A DNA stretch of 63,045 nucleotides, filler included, from Octopus bimaculoides (taxonomy: Eukaryota), in the NCBI RefSeq assembly GCF_001194135.2. It is 5 parts of 4 records of this genome, joined end to end, with 100 filler letters (N's around TTAATTAATTAA, not from the genome) between each part and the next. Parts side by side here need not be neighbours in the genome. Positions count along the whole stretch, not along the records: positions 30,186 to 55,500 come from NC_068994.1; positions 55,601 to 63,045 come from NC_068981.1; 3 more parts are not named here. One strand, 5' to 3'. Shown in pieces: positions 50,406-61,681 of the stretch. The notes under the pieces were generated by a model that worked only from the letters and a program-made list of their open reading frames with translations, ran no database searches and was not told the origin of the DNA. Every line of letters starts with the position of its first letter. Positions within the stretch are counted from its first letter, which is position 1. The translations under genes were made by a program, and so were the position numbers.

Positions 50406-52823
50406 ATGCAGACAAACAGGATGTTATTTAAGATTTCTCTAATGTTGTATGTTATTCAAAGCTGTGCATGTGTGGACCTAGTCTACGTAGTTGAAGAAAA
50501 CCAAATTCCAGGAACATATCTTGGAAATATTGCTGAAGATTCACACATTCTGAAGAAGTTATCTGTAAAAGATAGGAGCCAGGTTCGATTCAGTTTATTA
50601 CAAGAAGCAAATGAAAATTCATCATTGTTTAATGTAACGGAGTTTACTGGAAAACTCTATACGACCAGAATATTAGATGCTGAAATTTTATGTAAACCGA
50701 ATATAGAATGTTTCTTAATGATCAACATAGCAATCAAGCGGGGTCAATTTTTTATGGAAATACTGAAGGTCAAACTTGTTGTACTGGATATCAATGATTG
50801 CAGGCCTGAGTTCATTGACAAAGAGATAAACATTAGCTTCTCTGAAGGAGATCGAAAAGGGACTCGTAAATCCATCCCCAGTGCAATCGACAGGGATATT
50901 AATGCGCTAAACTCCAAGATTACCTATCATTTACGTAATGCTACCGATAAACCTTTCTCTCTCTCAATGGTAAATATTCAAAATGGAACAGATAGGATAT
51001 ACATAACTGTTAAAGAAAAACTCGACAGGGAAACAATAGATACATATCATGTTGAGGTGGTCGCTGAAGATGGTGGTCGACCCCCAAATCTTTCGTATCT
51101 TCAGGTTCAAATTACAGTTACCGATGAAAATGATAATACTCCTATTTTTCTCCCAGATGCTTATAATGTCTCAATCAATAGAGTTGTATTTCCTGGAGAA
51201 TTAATTGTCAAACTATCAGCTTCTGATGCCGATATTGGTAAAAATGGTCAGATTTCATATTATTTCACATCGCAGACTTCCACTGTAACGAAATACTACT
51301 TCACTTTAAATAAAACAACCGGCACCATTTACCTAAGAAAGAAGTTGGTACCAAATAAAAGCATAGATTTTAAGTTATTCGTGAAAGCAGTGGACAGTGG
51401 TCAGCCTCATCTTAGTGCCTTTGCTGATGTGTTAGTTAATGTTGTAAACACAGAGAATCACGCCCCCAAAATATTGGTTAACTTGGGTTCTTCATCATCT
51501 AACACAGCAGTTATTTCAGAAGCGATCAAAGTAGGGAGCTTCATTGGTTATGTTGAAGTGATAGACAACGACAATGGTTCCAACGGAGAAGTAATCTGTA
51601 CACTTCGTGATCAGAGATTTTACCTTCATAACCTCGGTAAGAAAAAATACAAAATAAAAGTTAAAAATCCAATCGACCGCGAATCCAAGGTCAGCCATAA
51701 CGTCACAATAGCTTGCAAGGACAAAGGTATGCCTCCCTTGTGGGTGAAGAGCAAGTTTTATATTCGAGTTATTGACATAAACGATGTACCTCCAAGATTT
51801 TCCCAAAAATCTTTTAAATTTTGGACTTATGAGAACCAGAACAGTAACTTTCCAGTTGGTTTTGTTAATGCTTCAGATCCAGACATGGGAGCCGGGGGTG
51901 AACTTTCTTACTCGTTGATGAATCTGAATGGAACTTTCTCGCCTTTTCAAATCACTAATTACGGGTACATTTCTACAAGAGTGTCACTGGATCGTGAACA
52001 GCAAGAAATCTATCATCTGCGTGTTTTCGTCAAGGACCACGGGGTACTTTCGCTAAACAATTCAGTTAGTGTCACTGTCGAAGTAATGGATGAAAACGAC
52101 AATGTGCCCTGTTTTACCTTCCCAGATGTTAACCCCTTTCTCGTGAATGTCCATTATCGTCCACAGAATGGTAGAAACATCACAACTCTCAGAGCCATTG
52201 ACAAAGACATCGGGAAGAACGCCTTCTTAACATATGAAATAACTGAAGGAAATACACGAAAACTATTCATACTAAATCGTAAAACTGGTCAATTATCTTT
52301 TAATCGAGTTCCTTTCGAAAAGGACACTGGGATACATAATCTACAGATTAGAGTCAGAGACAGTGGAATTCCTGTATTACATGCAGTGACAAATCTATCA
52401 TTAATATTATCAATTGGCAACGCCGCATCCAAAACATTAACAGCGGTGCAGTTCGGTACGACTGTCAGGATTCATAAAAATCTGTTTATCGTCATAATCT
52501 TGGTGGTTATGATTGCTTCGGTTTGTGTAGTGGTGTTGATCACAACATGTCTGATACGCAGAAATGACTGTGGGAGAAATTCACGCGTTGACAAAGCTAC
52601 TGCAACAAACAGACGTCGAGAAGGAAAATGCTTCAAATGCTTGCCTATGACAGCCGTATCACAAATCGACATAACTCTGCCTGAGGTGACCAACAAACGC
52701 AATACATGGAATGTACAGCTTACTGAATCTTGTGTTGATCTCGACACAGAAAACGAAATAGACAACAACGACTGTGATTCACATCCGTTAAATATCCAGG
52801 CATCAGTTCCAACAATACAAGAC
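50406..52823 (+). CDS. PCDH: Protocadherin large ectodomain exon (signal peptide, EC1-EC6, TM, proximal cytoplasmic tail); continues via splicing or ends at the in-frame TGA 52830-52832
   Basis: Intact ORF with signal MLFKISLMLYVIQSCAC|VDL (ATG 50406 or 50421) and an EC1 C-X5-C motif (LCKPNIEC). Cadherin motifs are DINDCRPEF, LDRE, DENDNTPIF, DADIGKNG, IDRE, DINDVPPRF, DPDMG, DENDNVP and DKDIGKNA. TM is NLFIVIILVVMIASVCVVVLITTCLI. The symbol is family-level only. Confidence 0.95.
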
Positions 52824-52829
52824 GTAAGT
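52821..52829 (+). promoter_or_regulatory. Splice donor GAC|GTAAGT (phase 0)
   Basis: Perfect GTAAGT consensus. 2418 nt (806 codons) run from ATG 50406 to 52823, and composition shifts to repeat-like sequence immediately afterwards. Confidence 0.8.
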
Positions 52830-52926
52830 TGAAACATTTATTTTATATGTATGCATAAAAGACGACACGGGAGGGATAAGTTTTAACAAATGTCGTATCA
52901 ATTTAACGTTCAAAAGGAAGATAGAA

Positions 52927-52963
52927 TTTTGACGTTTCGGACGTTCGTCCTTCATCAACAAAA
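52927..52963 (-). ncRNA. Candidate minimal hammerhead ribozyme (Penelope-pLTR type), antisense in the protocadherin intron
   Basis: Minus strand reads UUUU-g-UUGAUGA-A-GGAC-gaac-GUCC-GAAA-CG-UC-AAAA. It shows a C3U change, an extra A after A9, a 4-bp stem II, a palindromic ACGU stem III and a GUC triplet. Confidence 0.6.
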
Positions 52964-53337
52964 GGAAAAGAATGAGGAAAGGTAGTGTAAAAATAAAAGG
53001 AATGAGGAAATGGGGTTGGAGAAAATATGTATATATGTATATATGCATGTTTGTATGTATGAATACATGTATGTGTATGTATACATGTATGTGTGTAAGA
53101 AAGTATGCCTGTTTGTGTGCGTATAAATATGTAAATATGGATGTTTCTGTGTATATAAGTATGTATGTGTGTTCATATCTCGAGTGCAAACCTTTATATC
53201 AATTGATTACACTTCTGACTCTTGTAGTTATAAACTGCAGCACAGTAAGATTTAAAAGAAATGACAATGAATTTGGTACCAAAATAAAACTGACATTATC
53301 ACCTTGGAATATTCTCTTTGAAATATTTATAAAATCG

Positions 53338-53736
53338 GAGGCGCACGTATAGCTATGTGGTTTAGAAGCTCACATTGTAAGCACGTGATTTCAGGTCTAT
53401 TCCCACTGCGTGTTACATTGGGCGACTGTCTTCTACTATAACCTCCAACCAATCTATACCTTGTGAGTGAATTTATTAAACGGAAACAGTGTGGAGGTCC
53501 GCTGTATACATGTGTGCGTGCTTTTTGTGTTTGGCCCCAACCACCGCTTAACAACTGGTGTTGGTTTGCTTATGTGACCTTAACTTAGCGACTCGACAAA
53601 AAAAGACCAATAGAATAAGTCCCAGAAATTAAAATTGAAATAATGAAATAAGTACTTGGGTCGTTTTATTGTACTACAATCTTCTGGGAGGTACTGTAGC
53701 ATGGCCGCAGTTCAATGATTGAATCAAGTAAAAGAT
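53338..53736 (+). mobile_element. SINE family A, diverged full-length copy; another head at 54010-54120(+)
   Basis: Head and tail homology to the other family A copies. Confidence 0.75.
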
Positions 53737-56626
53737 ATTCGGTTCGCGTTCAGTTACCAGATCATTGTGAATCTTAACTGCAGTGATACTATCAACCATG
53801 AATGGGCAATAAAATCAAATGCCTTTCCGTAATCAAGTCATACTGTTACAAGGTTTCTGCAGTGTGTACTTCAGACAACACAGTTTTATTTATCAACAGT
53901 CGTTCAGCACATCCCCATGCTTCCCTCACTCCACCTGTCTGCTCAGTCATTACATGACTGAATCGCAACAGTCCTTGAAGAATTGGTTGAGACAACTTGT
54001 GTAAATTTGTACGGGCGTGACAGTGTGGTAAGAAGATTACTTCCCAACCACATGGTCCCGGGTTCAGTCCTACTGTATGGCACCTTGGGCAAATGTCTCT
54101 TACTTGGGCAAAAGTCTCTTCCGTGTCCTACTAAGCACCTTTCTCAAAGCTTTAATGAAAGTTTCAACGTCGATTGTATAAATTATACAGTCGATATTGT
54201 GACGGCATTTTTTTAGTTTTTATATAGCCATGATACATCCCAATAAAAATCTTTCCTTTCATTTCAAATCTTAAACCATTAACTAAGATGATGCTTTTCT
54301 TCGTCCTCCTGTGTATAACTTGGGGATTTAAAGCTCTGTCGAATGAGTCTTATATAGAGATATATGAGAGTTATTGTAATGGTGATGATAGCTGCATCGG
54401 TTTGTCTACATCTTATCAGTTTCTTTTATCGGTGTACATTTCTTTTGTGGTTGGTTTTAAGCATCTTCAGAAAGTCAACTGGCATCACAGGAACTAGAAT
54501 AACGATTGCTATCAGATTGTGACAGCTGCTTTTCAGGCGTTTGGCGATACTTCTTGCAGAAAAAGTTTTCATGTGAAGTGGCTTAAGTTTCAGTGAATTT
54601 CGTCTTAACGATTTTAATCACTTCCTGAAGCCGGCAAAAAGCTGTTCACGGGATATTTTACGGCATGGGAGTGGATCTCGTTTTACGTTTGCAGACCAAA
54701 TGAAGTATGAATATTTACGTATTCATACAATAGTGATATTGGAAACGGCATCGGTTGGTGATATTGTTGTTATCAATGGGAGCCATGATCGTGTAGAGGA
54801 AATCGCATTCAGTGAAAAATATGTTTTCAATCCTCTACACCCGCACCTCTGTTGGGACCAAGACATACGCGTGCGCGCATATGATTGTGTGTGTGCATAT
54901 ATATATATGTGTGTGTGTGTTCTTTTATCCTTTATCTTTTACTGTTTCAGTATTTTGAGTGCGGCCATGCTGGGGCCTTGAAGGGTTTTTAGTCGACTTA
55001 TTCTTTTCAAAAACCTGGCACTTATTCTACCCATTACTTTTGCTGAACCGCTATGTTACAGGGACGTAAACACAGCAACACCGGTTGTCAAGCGGAGGTG
55101 GAGGACAAACATAGACACAAAGACACATACACACATAGGTATACACACACATACATATATGCCATATCGGCCGAACAAATGGACGCATGAACATGATCTA
55201 CCCGATGTCCATGTATACTACGGACTCTACTGTAATCATTCCAGGAATATGGACTATGATCTTAAGAAACACAAGATCATACAAACGCGCGTAGCGATGC
55301 AACAAAACATCTATAAATTCCATCCAAGGATTATTATTGTTATTGTTATATGTATCCTACATTATATCGTCACAGCTCGTTGCGACTCCCCAAAACTGGT
55401 ATTGCCAATTGGCATCATTAGGCTGTAACCGGCATAATAGAATAGGAACTTCTAAATGCATATTCAAAATGTTTCCGGTAAACGAACTCAAAGGGTGTAT
55501 NNNNNNNNNNNNNNNNNNNNNNNNNNNNNNNNNNNNNNNNNNNNTTAATTAATTAANNNNNNNNNNNNNNNNNNNNNNNNNNNNNNNNNNNNNNNNNNNN
55601 ATTTGTATAAATAAGGATAAGATTGTTATTTAAAATACCGATCATATCAGGTGGCTAACATGGGAATAAAAACCTCATAGGTAATAATTATTATTAAAAT
55701 TATAATTAAGGGTATCTAAGAGATACCAGCATGCTAGATATACCAGCCAAAACTAAACTCTAAAACCACATTAAATGTTCATACAGGAGAGAAGACAAGG
55801 AGACAAAATAAACTGCTATATGAACATTTTGGCTGCTATATCTAGCATGGTGGTATCTCTTAAATATCCTTAATTATAATTTTACATATATATATACATA
55901 TATAATGATACATATACATATATATGATACATATATATATATATATAATGTATCATACGTACATAATGTATGTATATGTATGTATGTGTGTGTATTTATA
56001 TATATATGTGTGTGTGTATCTGTGTGTATGCAAACACATATATGTATGTATGTATGTATGTATGCATGCATGTATGTATGTATGTAAGCATATCATTTTA
56101 TCTGAGAAGTTGAAAATGCGTCAAAATTTTCTTTTATACATATATCGTGTCATTAAACCAAGTCTAACTTTTTGACATAAATATTGAATAAGTTTATTCA
56201 ACGTATTTAAATGCATGAAAAATAAAAATATAAAGATACAATTTCAAAGAAAAGAAGTTTTCATATAATTCAACAGAAAATATATTAGCATATTCTTCAG
56301 GTGAATTTGACATATATAATTTATGTAAATATTTATAACAAAAGAAAGATGGAAGGAAGCAAGGAAAAATAAGAAGGCACATGTTACTTCAACTCCTTTG
56401 TAGAAAGAGGTTTTAGTATATGCATTCTTTAGTTTTGCACCCAAGAGAGGGTTTTTTCCCGTAGTATAGGAAAAATTCATGTCTAAATTACCTGGATCAT
56501 CTTTCGCTGATTTCACTTCGCAAAGTTTTACGTAATTTTTCCATATTTAGAACCATGCTTGGTATAATCATTAAATAGGTATTGTGTGAATGTAAGCATG
56601 CATACACACACAAGCAAACAAACACA

Positions 56627-56666
<40 letters not shown>

Positions 56667-57019
56667 AAAGAGAAAGAGAAAGAGAGAGGGAGAAAGTGAA
56701 AGAGAGAGAGAGATTCAACTACTCAGTATTGATTGTTTAAATGAACTTCGAGGAGAAGAAAATGAAGTAAATTTGCAAGCACTTTTGTAAGTAGTGTTAG
56801 CTTCGTTTCATAGAAGAATTTAAAAATCAGACTAAATTTATGCAATTAAGTGTAAGAAACTCAAATAGAATTAGTAGTAATGATTTTTTAGTATTAAATA
56901 AAGTAAGATCAGCTTAAGAAATTCTTTGACAATATTTGTATGAATATTCAAGTTAAAATATGTTATACACCACAGAATATTCTTATTTGTATTTCTAAAT
57001 GACTGGATATAAATATTCC

Positions 57020-57230
57020 GTATCAGGACAATTGCCCATCAAGGACAATTGCACCCTGCCCATAGGACAATTACCCCCGACGACAACTACCTCCTAGGAT
57101 AATTACCCCCCTTGGTTAATTACCCTTTCTCCTATATATTAAGAAGTTTTAAAATCATCATCTGTTATCCTCAGCTGTAATTGTCCTTGTGGGGTTATTG
57201 TTCATAGAGGATAAATGCCCTAGATTCAAA
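57020..57230. mobile_element. Non-autonomous DNA transposon with tandem ggacaattgccc subterminal repeats (Mutator/Phantom-like, tentative)
   Basis: About five direct ggacaatt(g/a)cc units on the left and degenerate inverted units (gtaattgtcct, ggttattgttc) on the right. A similar style (gacggtgaa repeats) occurs at 25768-25830. Confidence 0.5.
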
Positions 57231-57546
57231 TATTCTATATTATTTGGAAATCTTCTGTAGTTGAATACTGCGTTACTGAATTGTAAAGCCTTTGTAAATG
57301 TAGCTACATCTGAAGATAAAGATGTGATACATCTACTAACTTTAGCAATTAAATTACGGATATTAGTTAGATGATTAGAATTTTTGTCGACATAAAATAA
57401 TCTTGGATAAGATTATTATAAAGAGATAGTTTATTTGCGTCTAAATCTAGCGTTCATTAAAAAAGAAAATAGCTTTGCAAAGTCTGCTCTCATCTGTAAT
57501 TTTTAAATCTTATTCACTGAAAGCTAAAATGCTTTTTCTCAATCTG

Positions 57547-57773
57547 TTGGGTTGTCCGGAAAGTTCGTGCCGATTTATAGTAGCTAACCTTTCGACTTAT
57601 TTGCCATGAAACCACCTCAATTCTGGGAAGAGGGTATTTCAAGTTAAAGGAAAGATGGAGACGCACTGTGCAACAAAATGGTTCATATTTGGCTGATTAA
57701 AAATGTAATGGCAACTTTTTATTGATCGTTTTCTTTCCTTTAAAAATCGGCACGAACTTTCCGGACAATCCAA
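57547..57773 (+). mobile_element. Mariner-derived MITE (227 bp)
   Basis: 30-bp TIRs ttgggttgtccggaaagttcgtgccgattt / aaatcggcacgaactttccggacaatccaa with TA on the right. The interior encodes a transposase C-terminus FAMKPPQFWEEGI.KLKERWRRTVQQNGSYLAD*. Confidence 0.9.
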
Positions 57774-57849
57774 TATATTATACCCATTCATATTTTACAA
57801 CAAAAATAATCCATCATCACTATGAAGTCCTCCGTCTATCATCGGGAAG

Positions 57850-58750
57850 CTTTTATGTGAGAAATCTAAAGCATCTAAGGCAATGATTCCACTCATGACC
57901 ATCCTATCAAATGCATCCATAGGTACACTAAACAAACTCTCTCCAATATCTTTTTAATTTGGTGACATTTTTGGACTCAAAGAGACACCATCTAGTATAC
58001 AAAATAATATTAATATTTACATCACTCTGTAATGTTTTAACGATTGAGGAATAAAACCTCATTAAATCAAACTGAAAAAGTCCCCACTTACAAGTGTTTT
58101 TTGTCGTTGATGTTTTTTCATAAATATTATGAAACCATTATGAAAACTGACAAACTATTGTTCCTTCATTAAATTATTTTCGGACTTTAAAAATCACGGG
58201 GTCACGGCTTTTCTTGCTAGTTATATCTAAATCTGTTTTTGCAATGTTGATTAAAAGGCAATCATCGACATAAGAAAAGTAAATGGGAATAAATCCAGCT
58301 GATAAACTCAGCTTGTACTTACAAGAGGTAAGCTGTTCAAGGCTTTATGGATATACATCTTATAACTGAACTGACCACTATCTAAGCTGTCATATCATGT
58401 AGTTGAGGGTCAAAAACTTACGTCAGCCTGATGATTATAGGACTTCGCTCTGTTGCTGATTCCAGTTAGAAGTTATTAGTTGGGAAATGAAATGAAATGA
58501 AATTATTGATATTGGAATAAAAATCTCTATTGTGGACACACAATGTTAAAACTAGTTTTATGTCAACTCGTATTCGTTTTGAAAGCCTTAACTTCTGATA
58601 ACGTTTGTAAAATACAGGGAATCTTGCAGAAATTAAATAAAATGTCAGCCAGTTCTAGAGACGGACTACTTGTTTGATTTTTTTTCCATAGTCATTTCTT
58701 GTCCTTTAGTGATGTAAAACTCCTTGACAAACATCAGGTTGCTTCTGTTT
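57850..58750 (-). mobile_element. Highly decayed Penelope-type RT fragment
   Basis: Minus-strand FIPIYFSYVDDCLLI followed by NIYEKTST...KWGLF...SSIVKTLQ, resembling the PLE RT thumb. Confidence 0.45.
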
Positions 58751-59444
58751 CAACGCACACATTATTAGTCACAAGATATTTAACTGCATATTACTTGAGA
58801 AGGGCATAAACATTACAATGATCCCTAACTCTTCCGTAAATAATACAGAAAAGGTCAGGGTTACCATCTTGATCTTTAAGGGCCATATTAAATTAAGGAT
58901 GCGTTAAAGAAAATTTTATTAGAAACACAGGAAAATATAATTACAATTATTGTGAGAATGTAATTATAAATATTAAACTAAGTAATCTGGTTGATGATAT
59001 GCTGAATGTAAATATATAATTGTTATTTCTCAACGCTACTGCTATCTAGCACCTTCGGATGATCTCTACTCAACCTTTACACAACTGCTACTTAACTGCT
59101 ACTCAACACTCCTACCGCGGCCAGACTACCTCTAATTATATGTCTTGGGAGATCCTACTTCTTCGCCTGGGGGCGTCGACACAACAATAATAAAATAAAA
59201 ATAAATTAAAATAGGAGTGAATTGGAAGACTCGGTAGATTGGCAGTTAAAATGTATTTCGTTACGTCCCCTTGTGTTATGAGGTCAGATTCTAATGGGTT
59301 TAACTTTTCATTTCATTTTTTAGGTAAATATAAATTAAGTCCAGATCACATACTGACATGGAGTTAATTGGTACACTGGCTACTTAACTGACGAAGTGCG
59401 AAAAGACTCGCTGATACCAATGAAAATGAGAACAAATGTAATTA

Positions 59445-59653
59445 CAGTAATACCTCGCCATACCACGGTTCACCTATCGCGTCGATTCCTCCGTGGTGTT
59501 TTGCATTTATAATAATATAAATATATACAAATTATAAAAATAATTTTAAAAGATATACAGTACAGTACTGTTTCAATTTCACGGATTTTCACCTATCGCG
59601 GGGGTGGTGGGGTGGATTGGAACGTAACACCCACAATAGTCGAGGGACTACTG
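59445..59653. mobile_element. Tigger/pogo-type MITE
   Basis: TA-cagtaatacctcg ... cgagggactactg-TA (11/13 TIR match), with an internal direct repeat ttcacctatcgcg x2. Confidence 0.8.
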
Positions 59654-61681
59654 TATAGAGAACCTAGCAATTCTGCTGCTAGTCGCAATTACTTGATCAA
59701 CGGAGTAGTATATAGAGATAAAATTCAAATCAGTAACAGGCCTACTTACAAAACTTACGACGAAAGTTTACCTGCACAGAAATTTTTATACTCCAAACTG
59801 GTCCTGAACAACGCTATCCAATGATTCAAAACAATTGAAAAGATCTGGTTCGATTCTCTTCAACATACACTGGTCGACTGTAGAAACAGAAATTCCATTC
59901 AGACATGGATTCTACCGAAATTCCATGAAATGCCCGTTATATAATAAGTCAAGTATATTTTATCTTATTTCAGGACATATAGGCTTTGAATTAAGAATTT
60001 AACGCATTGAACTATTACAGGCACTCTTCAAAATTTTTGGTTTCAAGGCCCCTTCCAGCGAACGGATGATATATAAAAGCATTTCTCTGTATTCAAAATT
60101 GTTACTAATATCATGGTTATTAAGTTGGATGCGTACTTGTTTTATCTCCGATTTATTGATTTCTTCTGGCCGTTGCATTTGATCATTATACGATCTTTTT
60201 GTAACGTTTACTGCATTTATATGGCTTTGCATCGATATCATGTCATATGCTATACGCATGACTTTTGTTATGTATAGATAGATAGAAATGGATACACGCA
60301 CATATATGTGTGTGTGCGTGTATATATATATATATATNNNNNNNNNNNNNNNNNNNNNNNNNNNNNNNNNNNNNNNNNNNNNNNNNNNNNNNNNNNNNNN
60401 NNNNNNNNNNNNNNNNNNNNNNNNNNNNNNNNNNNNNNNNNNNNNNNNNNNNNNNNNNNNNNNNNNNNNNNNNNNNNNNNNNNNNNNNNNNNNNNNNNNN
60501 NNNNNNNNNNNNNNNNNNNNNNNNNNNNNNNNNNNNNNNNNNNNNNNNNNNNNNNNNNNNNCTTATCCACACTTATGTAACCGAAAAATATAATTAACGA
60601 TATGCAGCGTATTCTTCCTTACTTTTCGATGAATTGGCAAGACTTGAAACGATGCTAAGTGTCTCCAACGAAGTACACATATCGCTTTAAGACTGTAATA
60701 GCATCACAAACGCTTCTTTGAGTAACTGTATTTATCTTAACACAAGCTCAAGGTGTGTGTGTGGGGGGGGGGGTTTGTGTGTGCATGCTTTGATTTCCTT
60801 TCAACTTCCAGTCGCATGATCATGTCTTTAAAATTGAAATGCTCTCGTTTCATTTTCAAATAAATTCTATTGTTTTACAATCTATGCTATAAATTCGGCA
60901 ATTCTATATATTTTGTTCTTAGGCAACATGTAATTGAACAGCGAATATATATATATATATATGTATATGTATGTATATATATATATATATTTACATTTAA
61001 ACAAAGGCTTGGTGTCGAACATAATTGAAACTGCTGGTTCTCATACTTTTGTCCACACGGCATCGTTCATTGCCAGAAGAAAAACAACTTTATTCTTTCA
61101 CAACCATTGACACAGTTGACGTATCTCTCTGTTCTATAGCCAACCGTATAACTAATGATCGCTGCTTGAGACTGTTTATACATTATCATGTGTCTTTGGT
61201 GTTAAATTTCATTCTTTATGAAAAGGAATTGAGAGAACATCTGCTGCCTGGGTCGCATCAAATTTGGAATTTGTTTTGATTCTGTACGTAAGAAATGCGT
61301 TTCTATATACTTATGTATTTACGTATGCATGCTTGCATATATTCATGTATGGGCGTATGTGTATATAGGTGCATGTATTATGAGTGTATGTGTATGTGTG
61401 TGTATAAGGACTATGTATATGTGTATGTCTCTGTCATACTTTTAACAGTATTCTTGCATTTTTCTGTCTTTTTGTCTTTCTATCCTTGTATTTGAGAGTT
61501 CGAGTGCTTATCTGTGAAATTAAATATCGATAGAATCAATGGTACGCGCACGTGTGTGCGTGTCTATGTGAGTGGGTGAGTGAGTGAGTGAGTAGAGTGA
61601 GTGAGTGAGTGAGTGAGTGAGTGAGTGAGTGAGTGAGTGAGCGAGTGAGTGCAGATATTCATCAAATACTTTGAGAATGTA

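Noticed and set aside
51516-52837. Antisense ORFs within the protocadherin exon
   Set aside because: They are shadow frames of the real coding sequence.
54520-54870. Possible very old mariner fragment on the minus strand (LHDHGSH-like motif); a similar hint at 34100-34170 (GVVFHDN)
   Set aside because: Only one short motif each and too many frameshifts to support a call.
59700-60260. Coding-looking stretches (ORFs 59612-59824 and 59999-60301) as protocadherin tail exons or viral/Polinton genes
   Set aside because: No protocadherin cytoplasmic motifs, no clear splice sites and no family motif I can match.
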